Below, piece by piece: positions 1-8,750 of a stretch of 64,000 nucleotides of DNA (the stretch's first letter is position 1; every line of letters begins with the position of its first letter). The position numbers and the translations under genes were made by a program. Below the pieces are notes generated by a model that was not told the origin of the DNA, made no database searches, and saw only the letters and a program-made list of their open reading frames with translations. The DNA comes from Candidatus Bipolaricaulia bacterium. GTDB lineage: Bacteria; Bipolaricaulota; Bipolaricaulia; UBA7950; UBA9294. The stretch is taken from the NCBI GenBank assembly GCA_049643905.1, contig JBARQW010000100.1, positions 7,115 through 71,114 on the forward strand, written 5' to 3'.

Positions 1-468
1 ATCCTGGGACCGGGCGATCTGATCGGCCTTGAGGTCCTTCTCGGTAGGGGAGAAGCCCTGCACGCAGCCTGCAGCCGTGCGATAGCAGATGTCGAGCTTG
101 CGTTTCTTGCGCGCGTTGCATTCGCAGACGCTGTCGATCAGGATGTGGACCTTCGCTGGCGCTTGCTGGCGCACTTGGCCGTGCGCCATCTGTCAGTCCG
201 CCGCGCATTGAGTCGCAGCCGTTCTTCCACCAAGGAGCGGTTGTGCCATCTGTTGCTTGATCTTGGACACAAGCTGGGGAGAGTCACTAATGGCGAAGAG
301 GTCCAGCTGCCAATGGAGCTTGATTTGCGAACTCTCACGGATCTCCTCGGGATCTCCACGAGTCAGGTTCGACGAGCGCGCGATTCTCTGCCGTCGCTCC
401 ATGAGGAAGATGGACGGATCCACTTCTCCAGTGAGGCGCTCACGGATCAGTTGTCTGTCCTCGCGTGA
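1..468 (+). CDS. Crp/Fnr-family transcriptional regulator, 5'-truncated by window edge (C-terminal part of cNMP-binding domain plus HTH)
   Basis: Frame 1 is open from nt 1 with no stop. It translates to 'ILGPGDLIGLEVLL', which resembles the cNMP-binding G-D-x-x-G-E motif, then an HTH 'RTLTDLLGISTSQVRRA'. Stop TGA at 466-468. Confidence 0.6.
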   Translation: MLGPGDLIGLEVLLGRGEALHAACSRAIADVELAFLARVAFADAVDQDVDLRWRLLAHLAVRHLSVRRALSRSRSSTKERLCHLLLDLGHKLGRVTNGEEVQLPMELDLRTLTDLLGISTSQVRRARDSLPSLHEEDGRIHFSSEALTDQLSVLA

Positions 469-480
469 GGAAGGGGCCAG

Positions 481-1227
481 CTACAGCGTCTCCTCCATGA
501 TTGACAGGTAGAAATCGCTCGCACGGGCCCTCGCGGTAAGTGTCTCAACGTCCTGAATCAGAATCGTGCTGTGGGACGTTGCAATGAGTCCCAGCTCCCT
601 GAACCGCTTCAATGCGCGCATGAGAGTCTCGACGGATACTCCGAGCATCTCTGCCATCGTCTGGCGCGAGATGGGAAGCTCAAGTCGGATCCCACCATCT
701 TCCTTCTCCCCGTACTTGTTCCCCAGCGAGATGAGCAGAAGTGCAAGGTTTCGATCTATCGACTCGACGGCCTCGCGCGTGAGCTTGAACTCAAGCATGA
801 TGACTTCCCGAGCAAGCCACCGACACAAGTCAGCAAAGATGCCTGGATGTTCCTTGCTGAATGCCAGTATGTTGGAGCGTTCGATGAAGACAAGATCCGA
901 TTCCAGAATCGCCTTGGCGAATTGGACGTTGACTGGCTCTCGCTCCAGGAACACCGCCTCCAATCCAAACATCTCTCCGGCAGCAAGAAAGCGGAGGCAG
1001 CGTTTCTCCCACCCCTTGCTGGCATACTTGCCGATGCTGAGCAATCCTGATCGCACAATGTAGATCCCTGACGCATAGGAACCTTCTTGCGCGACGAGTT
1101 CGTCGTCCTCGAAGTGGATCTGGAGGATGATCCCAGCGAGAGATTCGATCTCCTTCTGCGATAGAGACGGGAACACCTGAGTGAGGAAAGCGTGGATCCC
1201 TTCGCGGTCCTTGCTTTGTGCGCACAT
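481..1227 (-). CDS. Crp/Fnr-family transcriptional regulator (cNMP-binding domain plus C-terminal HTH)
   Basis: 248-aa ORF with a beta-roll-like 'EGSYASGIYIVRSGLLSIGK...GEMFGLEAVF' and a C-terminal HTH 'SRQTMAEMLGVSVETLMRALKRF'. Convergent with the truncated Crp-like gene. Confidence 0.8.
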   Translation of the reverse strand: MCAQSKDREGIHAFLTQVFPSLSQKEIESLAGIILQIHFEDDELVAQEGSYASGIYIVRSGLLSIGKYASKGWEKRCLRFLAAGEMFGLEAVFLEREPVNVQFAKAILESDLVFIERSNILAFSKEHPGIFADLCRWLAREVIMLEFKLTREAVESIDRNLALLLISLGNKYGEKEDGGIRLELPISRQTMAEMLGVSVETLMRALKRFRELGLIATSHSTILIQDVETLTARARASDFYLSIMEETL

Positions 1228-1511
1228 CGTCGGCGGGATTGTAGCTTCAGATCATCCCGAGGCAAGGCGCAATCACAGCGGTACTTCCCAGAGATGCCCC
1301 GACTGTCTCGAGTTTCGCATGCCGATCCTCCTCCCCCTGGACTATCCAGCTGTGCAGTGCTGTTTGCGCGGGCCGGTGGCTGAGAAGCTGAGGAGAAGGA
1401 AGAGGGTCACCAGGGAGCGACAGAGAAGCCTGGGAGATCTGCTGATGACCCTCGCAACAGGTGCGGGGTCAGGTCTTCATTCTTGGTGTTTCCTGACCCC
1501 GCGAAATGGAT

Positions 1512-1585
1512 TACGCCCGACAGGATTCGAACCTGTGACCTTTGGCGCCGGAGGCCAACGCTCTAATCCACTGAGCTACGGGCGC
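1512..1585 (-). tRNA. tRNA-Arg (anticodon CCG)
   Basis: Reverse complement reads GCGCCCGTAGCTCAGTGGATTAGAGCG-TTGGC-CTCCGGC-GCCAA...GGTTCGAATCC; cloverleaf with 7-nt anticodon loop cuCCGgc; no encoded CCA. Confidence 0.85.
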
Positions 1586-1625
1586 ATGTGTGCTCAATGG
1601 CCTTGAAGGCCATTGAACACATTGC

Positions 1626-1649
1626 GGAACTCGCCTTCGGCGAGTTTCC
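1626..1649. repeat. perfect hairpin repeat copy 1: GGAACTCGCC-TTCG-GGCGAGTT(T)CC, a cUUCGg tetraloop on the plus-strand RNA
   Basis: Palindromic 23-24 nt element. A second near-identical copy lies 131 nt downstream (1757-1779). Both sit in the spacer between tRNA-Arg and tRNA-Ser. Confidence 0.8.
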
Positions 1650-1756
1650 GGTCCGTCCCCGTCTCGGACTCAGGGAGCCACTCGATCCCTTGAGTACGAT
1701 AGGTTTCGCTACGCGAAACCACCTTGTCCTTCTCCCCAACTTCCGAGTCGAGCTAT

Positions 1757-1779
1757 GGAACTCGCCTTCGGCGAGTTCC
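1757..1779. repeat. perfect hairpin repeat copy 2: GGAACTCGCC-TTCG-GGCGAGTTCC
   Basis: 10-bp stem, UUCG loop; flanking 'GGTC' conserved with copy 1. Confidence 0.8.
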
Positions 1780-1823
1780 CGGTCGGTTTCGCTCTTCAAG
1801 TTCCGTTCCAATGGGTACCCGTT

Positions 1824-1929
1824 CGGCTTTCCTGCGCACTGGCACAGGGAAACGCAATGGCTTGGCGCAGCCAGCCCGGCTTCCCTGCGCACTGGCACAG
1901 GGAAACGCAATGGCTTGGCGCAGCCAAGA
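1824..1929. repeat. 53-bp tandem direct repeat, 2 copies (CGGCTTYCCTGCGCACTGGCACAGGGAAACGCAATGGCTTGGCGCAGCCAGCC)
   Basis: Two adjacent near-identical 53-nt units (1824-1876 and 1877-1929; one T/C difference). They lie immediately 3' (on the minus strand) of tRNA-Ser(GCU). Confidence 0.85.
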
Positions 1930-1934
1930 CACTG

Positions 1935-2026
1935 TGGCGGAGAGGGCGGGATTCGAACCCGCGGAGGAGCGTGAACCCCTCGCCGGTTTAGCAAACCGGT
2001 GTCTTGGACCTCTTGACTACCTCTCC
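1935..2026 (-). tRNA. tRNA-Ser (anticodon GCU), class II with long variable arm, CCA encoded
   Basis: Reverse complement: GGAGAGG...CCGGT-TTGCTAA-ACCGG-CGAGGGGTTCACGCTCCTCCG-CGGGTTCGAATCCCG-CCCTCTCCGCCA. Confidence 0.85.
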
Positions 2027-2089
2027 GAAGAGGCATTCTACAGATCGGGGATCGAGTTCGCCAAGGGCGAACACTGACGCGTTCCCTGA

Positions 2090-2147
2090 GTTCTCCAAAG
2101 AGAAACTCCGAGCGTGCTCATGAAGCGTCGACATCGTGAGCACGCTC
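2090..2147 (-). terminator. candidate intrinsic terminator downstream of tRNA-Ser(UGA), minus-strand sense
   Basis: 11-bp inverted repeat GAGCGTGCTCA...TGAGCACGCTC (2110-2147) directly after the tRNA 3' end, followed on the minus strand by GGAGUUUCUCUUUGG. Confidence 0.5.
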
Positions 2148-2231
2148 GGAGGGGGCGGGATTCGAACCCGCGAGGCCTTGCGGCCTGCCGGTTTTCAAGA
2201 CCGGTGGTTTCGTCCGCTCACCCACCCCTCC
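2147..2231 (-). tRNA. tRNA-Ser (anticodon UGA), class II
   Basis: Reverse complement: GGAGGGG-TG-GGTGAGCGGACGAAACCACC-GGT...CCGGT-CTTGAAA-ACCGG-CAGGCCGCAAGGCCTCGCG-GGTTCGAATCCCGCCCCCTCCG; 85 nt, no CCA. Confidence 0.85.
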
Positions 2232-2270
2232 AACGTGGCATTGTACGCAGGCGCGGCTGGATTCGGAACG

Positions 2271-3344
2271 TCAGCCGTTTCCCGAGAAGCGGGCGATCGT
2301 CCCGCCGCCAAGGAGAAGATCCCCCCTGTAGACGGCCGCGATCTGCCCCGGGGTGATCGCTCGCTGAGGTTGGTCGAAGCGGAGCCTGAACCGGTCGTCC
2401 GGGAGAGGGGCGAACGACGCACTGCATGCGGGGGAGCGGTAGCGGATCTTCGCGTCGACGCGGGCTGCGTCCTCGGGCGGCGTGCCGGCAATGTAGTTCG
2501 CACCGACGGCGGTCAGATCCGAACGGATGAGGGCATCTTCGCTTCCCACGACGAGCGCGTTTCGCGCGCGGTCGATCTCGACGACGTAGAGCGGTAGATC
2601 GGATGAGACGCCGAGGCCGCGTCGTTGCCCGATGGTGTAGTTCGGAAGACCGTTGTGTCTTCCGAGTTCGCGACCTTCGAGGTCGAGGATCGGCCCGCTC
2701 GCGAGGTCGCACTCGTCGAACAGGAACGATGTGTCGCCGTCGAAGGCGAAGCAGAGGTCCTGGCTCTCGGGAAGCTCTGCACACGTCAATCCGTGCGAAC
2801 GGGCGATCTCGACAACGTCCTCCTTCGTCATGGCGCCGACGGGAAAGAGAAGACGTGCGAGATCGTCTTGTCCGAGCCCATACAGGAAGTAGGACTGATC
2901 CTTGTTGGGGTCGGCACCGCGGCGGAGCTCGAACGCGCCGTCGTCGGTCCGGTTCACGTTCACGTGATGGCCGGTTGCGACCGCATCGAAGCCGTTCTCG
3001 CGCGCGTGCTCAAGGGCACGGCCGAAGCGGAGAAACCGGTTGCACCGACCGCAAGGATTCGGAGTCGTCCCCCCGCGGTAGCCGGCGACGAAGTCACGGA
3101 GGACCAGGTCGTGGAACGCGTCACTTGCGTCAATCGTTTCGTGTGGGATGCCGAGTTCGAAGGCCGCATGCGAGGCCTCGTCGAGCGAGCAGCACTTGGT
3201 GCGGCCTGCGTAATCCGGCGCTCCGGGGAAGGTCCAGAACCAGAATGTGAGGCCGGATACTTCGTGGCCGGCCTCCTTGAGGAGGAGCGCGGCGATGGTG
3301 CTGTCGACGCCGCCGCTCATGCAGACGACGACGCGCTTGTGCAT
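2271..3344 (-). CDS. mnmA: tRNA-specific 2-thiouridylase MnmA
   Basis: Starts MHKRVVVCMSGGVDS (PP-loop SGGVDS). It carries the conserved 'NPCGRCN' and 'DQSYFL' motifs. The ATG at 3344 was chosen over the longer shadow ORF. Confidence 0.85.
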   Translation of the reverse strand: MHKRVVVCMSGGVDSTIAALLLKEAGHEVSGLTFWFWTFPGAPDYAGRTKCCSLDEASHAAFELGIPHETIDASDAFHDLVLRDFVAGYRGGTTPNPCGRCNRFLRFGRALEHARENGFDAVATGHHVNVNRTDDGAFELRRGADPNKDQSYFLYGLGQDDLARLLFPVGAMTKEDVVEIARSHGLTCAELPESQDLCFAFDGDTSFLFDECDLASGPILDLEGRELGRHNGLPNYTIGQRRGLGVSSDLPLYVVEIDRARNALVVGSEDALIRSDLTAVGANYIAGTPPEDAARVDAKIRYRSPACSASFAPLPDDRFRLRFDQPQRAITPGQIAAVYRGDLLLGGGTIARFSGNG

Positions 3345-3345
3345 C

Positions 3346-3699
3346 CTACGATTCGCCTTCCATCGGCACGACGCAAATGAACTCGAAGGGTTCGTCTCCG
3401 GTGTTGACGAATTGGTGCTCGTCGGTCGGCGGGACGTAGGCGAAGTCGCCTGGCGCGACCGCCGTGGCGCCGCCGCCGAAGCGGACCTCGCCCTTCCCTG
3501 CGAGGACGTAGACTTCGTGCTCCCACGGGTGCGTGTGGTAGGGGCTGTGCCCTTCGGGATCGATCGTGAAGTGGCGCATGACGAAGTTCGCCGCGCCCTC
3601 CGCGGCACCTATCAGGACGCGCTTCTGAGCGTTGCGAACGGTCTTGCCATCGTCGCACGTGACGGGGTCGACATCGAGGCTCTTTCCGATCTTCACCAA
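3346..3699 (-). CDS. cupin-domain protein (cupin_2 family)
   Basis: 117 aa with the two-His cupin motifs 'HTHPWEHEVYVLAGKG' and 'PPTDEHQFVNTGDEP'. Confidence 0.7.
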   Translation of the reverse strand: MVKIGKSLDVDPVTCDDGKTVRNAQKRVLIGAAEGAANFVMRHFTIDPEGHSPYHTHPWEHEVYVLAGKGEVRFGGGATAVAPGDFAYVPPTDEHQFVNTGDEPFEFICVVPMEGES

Positions 3700-3714
3700 T
3701 GGGACTCCTTTCCG

Positions 3715-4782
3715 CTACAACGCAGTAGCGATCAGCGGGACCAGCATTTCGTCTTCCGTCAGTCCGCCATGCATCCCGCGTAGAGGGATCGTGCCCGGAT
3801 ACGGATGAAGGATGCCGGCTCGTCCGGTGGAAGCGAGGACGAGATCCCCGATGCGATGGCGGGTCTCGGGATGTATCTCGCCGTTTCCGAACAGCCCGAG
3901 AGCGATCGCCTGATCTGCGGTCAGTCTGAGGAGGTCGCCATCGAGGAGTTCCGGACCCTCGGCCGCGGAAGCGAGGTTCGCCCCCTGCCGAAGGAACAAG
4001 TACGAGGCTCGCGGCTCGCCGACGGGAGGGAGGAGTGACGCGTCCTCGAGCCCGTCGAAGCTCGACAGGCGCTTGTAGTCGGATGGTTCCATCGGGACGA
4101 AGCCGTGGTCCGACGTCAGGACCAGGAGGGTTCGATCGACTCGATCGACGAGTTCGTGTCGAAGCGTGTGGTCGATCGATCGCGCCTCGGCGATGTAGGC
4201 GTCCGTCTCCGGACCGCGAACATGCGCGACGGCGTCGAGGCCGGGCCAATAGAGCGTTACAAAGGTTCGGGATTCGTCTCGATCGAGGATCTGCCTGGCA
4301 GTCACGCACATGTCGTCGAAACCCGCCACCGGATGTACGTTCTCGCATCCCCGATAGAGGATCGTCGAGAGGCCGCTCCTCGCGATCTGTCTCGGAAGGA
4401 GAACGTGGGACACGACACGTCCGGCCTTGAGTTGCTCGTAGGACGTGGGGCCGGTCAGGAGACTCTCGGGGACGAGTCCGGCGTCGAAGGCTGAGCCTGC
4501 TTGCGTCGACCCGACGACCGAAAGACGGATCATGTTGATGATGGCGCTCGCTTCTCGGAGGTAGAGTCGATACCCGAGCATCCCATGAGAGAGCGGTGGC
4601 TTTCCCGTCGCGAGCGTTGTGAGAGCTGAGACTGTCGTAGATGGAAAGACGGACGTAATAGGAAGAAACGATCCCGCTGACGCGAGAGCGCTCAGGGTCG
4701 GGATGGCTCCGGTGTCGGCCAGTCTTCGTAGTGCGCGATACCCCAGGCCGTCGAGGAGGATGAAGATGACACGGTCGACCAT
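3715..4782 (-). CDS. alkaline-phosphatase superfamily protein (type I phosphodiesterase / nucleotide pyrophosphatase-like); N-terminus uncertain, may extend to a GTG at about 4965
   Basis: 'VIFILLDGLGYRAL' metal-ligand region, 'TSVFPSTTVSALTTLATG' (nucleophile Thr/Ser region), 'VLTSDHGF' distal metal site. Confidence 0.65.
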   Translation of the reverse strand: MVDRVIFILLDGLGYRALRRLADTGAIPTLSALASAGSFLPITSVFPSTTVSALTTLATGKPPLSHGMLGYRLYLREASAIINMIRLSVVGSTQAGSAFDAGLVPESLLTGPTSYEQLKAGRVVSHVLLPRQIARSGLSTILYRGCENVHPVAGFDDMCVTARQILDRDESRTFVTLYWPGLDAVAHVRGPETDAYIAEARSIDHTLRHELVDRVDRTLLVLTSDHGFVPMEPSDYKRLSSFDGLEDASLLPPVGEPRASYLFLRQGANLASAAEGPELLDGDLLRLTADQAIALGLFGNGEIHPETRHRIGDLVLASTGRAGILHPYPGTIPLRGMHGGLTEDEMLVPLIATAL

Positions 4783-5479
4783 CGGCGGGGCAACCACATC
4801 GATGAGAGGGGTTTCCTCGGTCCCCTCGCCGAGAGCTCGCTTGATCAGTGGCGGAACGCCGGCGATGGAGAACCCGTCGTAGTCCGGAAGAACTGCAGTC
4901 GACGGGATGCCGTCCGGGACCGGTCGTGATGTGAGCGTGCGCTCGATCTCCTCGTGTCGGTTCACGCTCGGGAGTATACGAAGAGGTGACGGGTTTCGCT
5001 CTGCGGGTGGGCGAGCGATCCTTAAATGGGCTCGATCAAGAAGGTGATCCGCGTTCGTTTCCAGGGTGCGCAGTGGCCGACGGAGGAGGGACGAGCGGGA
5101 TCGTCGCCCGAGGGTTCGATCGCGTTTGATGATTCTTGCGTGATTCGCATTACGTTCTCCGGCTCTGCTCCGGGTGGTTGCCGAAGGATGTGAAACGGAT
5201 CGAGGGTTTGTACCACCTCCTTGACAACGCAGCGGAAGTGTGGCCCGGCAACGAGTCGTCCGTGTGCCGATCGTCCATGAGGGGAACAAGTTCGGCTTTG
5301 CCAACGGGTCCCTTCCGCTGCGCTCCCATTTGCTCCGGCTCCGCAATGCATTCTTGCACGCACCTTGCGCTTCCCGCAGAATGGTCCGGTTTCGCAGACT
5401 GGGAAAGGCTTGTCGCCAATCGGTGGAGGAAGACGCAATCGGAGCCGGGATGTTGCAGAGCCGCACGGAAGGATCGAGG

Positions 5480-7579
5480 ATGGAGCGACTGTTCCGCCCG
5501 CGCTCGGTCGCGGTGATCGGTGCTTCGACAGACTCGGCCAAGATCGGGTATCGGGTGGTCGAGAACATCCTCTCGTCCGGGTATCGCGGTGCCGTTCACC
5601 CCGTCAACCCGCGGGGAGGCGAGCTCCTCGGCCTGCCCATTCATCCCTCGATCTCGGAGATCGAGGGAGAGGTCGACGTCGCCGTTGTGGCCATCCCTGC
5701 GGCCGGTGTCTTGCCCGTTGTGACGGAGTGCGGCGAGAAGGGCGTCGATCATCTCATCGTGCTGAGTTCCGGGTTTTCCGAAGTCGGCAAGATCGCAGAA
5801 GAGAAGAGAATCGCCGAGGTCGCCGCCGGCTTCGGCATGCGTGTTCTTGGGCCGAACGTCTTCGGCTTCTACTCGGCGGCGGGCTCGATCGATGCCACGT
5901 TCGGTCCCGGCGGGATCCGGCCCGGGCGGGTCGGGATCATCAGCCAGAGCGGCGCCCTCGGGATCGCAATGATCGGCAAGACCGCGGCGGAGTCGCTCGG
6001 CCTATCTGCGTTGATCTCGGTTGGGAACAAGGCGGACGTCGATGAGTCGGACGTGCTCGAGTACCTTGCCTCGGACGAGGAGACGGCCGTCGTCCTCCTC
6101 TACATCGAAGGCGTGAAGCGCGGTGAACGCCTCGTGGAGACGCTGTCGGAGATCACGAGACGGAAACCGGTGGTTGTGATCAAATCGGGGCGCTCGAAGC
6201 GCGGCGCGATGGCGGCCGCATCCCACACGGGTTCGCTCGCCGGAGCGGACGACGTCTTCGAGGATCTGATGCACCAGTGCGGCGTGCTGCGCGCGCGGAG
6301 CGTCCAGGAAGCGTTCGATTGGGTCGGGTTCATCGCGTCGTCTCCGGTGCCGCCAGGCACGGAGGCGGTCATCGTCACAAACGGTGGGGGCATCGGGGTG
6401 CTTGCGACCGATGCGTGCGAGGCGTTCGGCGTTCGGCTCTACGACGATCAAGGCGTCCTGCGCGAGGCATTCGCAGACGTGATGCCGGCGTTCGGCTCGT
6501 CGAAAAACCCGGTCGATCTGACCGGACAGGCGAACGCCTCGGCCTACGCAGACGCGCTCGGCAGGGTCCTTCAGGAGAATCGGATGCACGCGGCGATCGC
6601 CCTCTACTGTGAGACGGCAACGTCGGAGTCCGAGCGTTTCGAGAGCCTCCTTCGCGACGTGTACGAGCAGTATCGCGACAGGAAGCCGATCGTCTTCTCG
6701 TTGTTCGGAGGCGCGGCGACTGCCGGGGTCATTCGGGCGCTTAAAGGAGAGGGGATCCCGGTCTATGGCGACGTCTACGAGGCCGTGTCGCCTCTCGGCG
6801 CTCTCTATCGTGCTTGGCGACGATTCGGAGAGCCGCCTGACTCGCCCATCGACGTGGACATCGACCTCGATGCCGCGCGCAGAATCCTCAGGGTCGCGGG
6901 CGCGGAGGGCCGCGGATTCCTGCTCGCAGACGAGGCGGCTCGCTTTGCGGAGCTCATCGGCCTCACGATGCCCGAAGCGGGTATCGCACGCGGTCTGGAC
7001 GAGGCCGTGAGAGCGGCCGAGTCAATAGGCTATCCCGTCGTGATGAAGATCGTGTCGAAGGACATCGTGCACAAGAGCGATGCCGGAGGTGTCGCCCTCG
7101 ACCTCTCTGACGAGGGCGAAGTCGTCGACGCCTACCAGGCGATCATCCGGAGCTGCCGGGCCCACAGTCCGCACGCCGAGATCAAGGGTGTGGAGGTCGC
7201 CGAGATGATCCGTCCCGGCGTGGAGACGATCGTTGGTGCGCGTCAGGATCCCTCGTTCGGGCCGGTCATGATGTTCGGTCTTGGTGGGATCTACGTTGAG
7301 GTCATGAGGGATGTCGCCTTTCGAAAGGCGCCCGTCGGGTTGAAGACGGCGAACGAGATGATTGCCGGGATACGCTCGTACCCCCTATTGCTCGGAGTGC
7401 GGGGCGAGCGTCGAAAGGACATCGACGAGCTGGCAGGAGTCATCGTGCGTTTGAGCCATCTGATCTCGAATTGCCGAGAGATCAGCGACATCGAGATCAA
7501 TCCGTTGGTTGTCTACGATCGCGGCGAAGGCGTCCGAGCCGTCGACGTGAGAGTCCTGTTTGATGTTCAAAGGGGGTGA
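5480..7579 (+). CDS. ADP-forming acetyl-CoA synthetase / acyl-CoA synthetase (NDP-forming), fused alpha-beta form
   Basis: N-terminal CoA-binding 'SVAVIGASTDSAKIGYRV', succinyl-CoA-synthetase-like flavodoxin domain, phosphohistidine region 'ASHTGSLAG', C-terminal ATP-grasp 'PVVMKIVSKDIVHKSDAGGVALDL'. Start MERLF at 5480 with a GAAGGA SD. Confidence 0.8.
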   Translation: MERLFRPRSVAVIGASTDSAKIGYRVVENILSSGYRGAVHPVNPRGGELLGLPIHPSISEIEGEVDVAVVAIPAAGVLPVVTECGEKGVDHLIVLSSGFSEVGKIAEEKRIAEVAAGFGMRVLGPNVFGFYSAAGSIDATFGPGGIRPGRVGIISQSGALGIAMIGKTAAESLGLSALISVGNKADVDESDVLEYLASDEETAVVLLYIEGVKRGERLVETLSEITRRKPVVVIKSGRSKRGAMAAASHTGSLAGADDVFEDLMHQCGVLRARSVQEAFDWVGFIASSPVPPGTEAVIVTNGGGIGVLATDACEAFGVRLYDDQGVLREAFADVMPAFGSSKNPVDLTGQANASAYADALGRVLQENRMHAAIALYCETATSESERFESLLRDVYEQYRDRKPIVFSLFGGAATAGVIRALKGEGIPVYGDVYEAVSPLGALYRAWRRFGEPPDSPIDVDIDLDAARRILRVAGAEGRGFLLADEAARFAELIGLTMPEAGIARGLDEAVRAAESIGYPVVMKIVSKDIVHKSDAGGVALDLSDEGEVVDAYQAIIRSCRAHSPHAEIKGVEVAEMIRPGVETIVGARQDPSFGPVMMFGLGGIYVEVMRDVAFRKAPVGLKTANEMIAGIRSYPLLLGVRGERRKDIDELAGVIVRLSHLISNCREISDIEINPLVVYDRGEGVRAVDVRVLFDVQRG

Positions 7580-7586
7580 AGCGGCC

Positions 7587-8633
7587 GTGAAGTCTTTGAT
7601 CCTAGCATCGACGAGAGAAGGGGCGGGGAAGACGAGCATGGCGATTGGGCTGGCCGGCGCCGTGAACCGGCGGTTCGGCTACGTCAAGCCGCTTGGAGAC
7701 CGGTTCCGTTACAGGAAGAAGCGGCTGTGGGACCGCGACGCGGCCCTGTTCATCAATCTCCTCGATCTCGGCGTGAAGCCGGAGTCCACGAGCCTCGGTT
7801 TCGACCACTCAAAGCTGAGGTACTCGTTCGACCGAGATGGCACGATCACGGCCCTTCGAGAGAGCGTCGAGGGGGCGAGTGGGGGCCGGGATGCCGTTCT
7901 GATCGAATGTGGGAAGAACCTGTCGTACGGGTCGTCCGTCTTCCTGGATCCGCTGACGATCTCACAGCAGACGGGCGATCCGGTCGTCATCATCGCCAGC
8001 GGCTCGGAGGACGCGATCGCCGACGATCTGGCGTTCGTCGAGCGGTTCGTCGGAACGGATGAGGCGAACGTTGCAGGCGTGATCATCAACAAGGTCGTTC
8101 ATCTCGATGCGTTCCGCAGTTCGCACCTCCCCGAGATCGAGAAGCTTGGCGTTCGTGTATTCGGGGTCGTGCCGTACCAGGAAGAGCTGACCACGCTCTC
8201 GGTCTCCACCGTCTCCGAAGAGCTGTCGGCCCGAATCCTCGCAGGCGAGGCTGGGTTGAGTGGGACGATCCGAACGGTCGCGGTCGGAGCGATGTCGGTC
8301 GGCGCCGCGATGTCGGAGCCCTTGATCACGGCGCCGGACAAACTGGTCATCACGAGTGGAGATCGCAGCGACATGATTCTTGCTGCGATCGATGCCGGCG
8401 GCACCTCAGCGATCGTCCTCACCAACAACATCGTGCCGCCCGCGAACATCGTCTCGCGCGCCGGCGAAATCGGGATTCCGCTTCTCCTCGTTCCGGACGA
8501 CACGTATGCCGTCGCGCTCCAAGTGGAGCGCATCGAACCGGTGCTCAGTTCCGAGGATGGAGCCAAGCTCGGCCTTCTCCGGGAACTCGTTGCGGCGCAT
8601 GTCGACGTGCAAGCAATCGAGAACCTGATCTGA
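7587..8633 (+). CDS. Pta-N-terminal-domain-like protein (CobQ/MinD-like P-loop domain plus DRTGG domain), no acetyltransferase catalytic domain
   Basis: P-loop 'STREGAGKTSMAIGL', 'GDRSD' (DRTGG-like) region; start GTG 7587 preceded by AAAGGGGGTGA SD (alternative ATG 7563); overlaps acd stop. Confidence 0.6.
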   Translation: MKSLILASTREGAGKTSMAIGLAGAVNRRFGYVKPLGDRFRYRKKRLWDRDAALFINLLDLGVKPESTSLGFDHSKLRYSFDRDGTITALRESVEGASGGRDAVLIECGKNLSYGSSVFLDPLTISQQTGDPVVIIASGSEDAIADDLAFVERFVGTDEANVAGVIINKVVHLDAFRSSHLPEIEKLGVRVFGVVPYQEELTTLSVSTVSEELSARILAGEAGLSGTIRTVAVGAMSVGAAMSEPLITAPDKLVITSGDRSDMILAAIDAGGTSAIVLTNNIVPPANIVSRAGEIGIPLLLVPDDTYAVALQVERIEPVLSSEDGAKLGLLRELVAAHVDVQAIENLI

Positions 8634-8663
8634 TCGAGGAGAGTGACGACGACGAAAAAGAAG

Positions 8664-8700
8664 GGGAAGCCGCTCCATCGAGCGACTTCCCGTTAGGGTT
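8664..8700. terminator. bidirectional intrinsic terminator between convergent genes
   Basis: 12-bp stem GGGAAGCCGCTC/GAGCGACTTCCC (1 mismatch) with loop CATC. It is followed by GTTAGGGTTT on the plus strand and preceded by AAAAAGAAGG, i.e. UUCUUUUU on the minus-strand transcript. Confidence 0.65.
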
Positions 8701-8750
8701 TCCACTTCCCATGCTGTGGAGACGTCTGCCACTCCGCCAACAGCTCGGAG

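Noticed and set aside
1824-1929. The 53-bp tandem repeat as a CRISPR array
   Set aside because: It has only two adjacent identical units with no spacers. It does not have CRISPR architecture.
1563-2077. ORFs 1563-2036(-), 1588-1974(+), 1724-2077(+) running across the tRNA genes and repeats
   Set aside because: They are read through tRNA-Arg/tRNA-Ser and the hairpin/tandem repeats. The translations are low-complexity, so these are not genes.
2195-4430. Long overlapping ORFs in alternate frames/strands (e.g. 2218-2784, 2603-3250, 3317-4348, 4035-4430) with Arg/Pro/Ser-rich translations
   Set aside because: These are typical high-GC shadow ORFs. They overlap well-supported genes (mnmA, cupin, AP-family) and have no protein-like composition.
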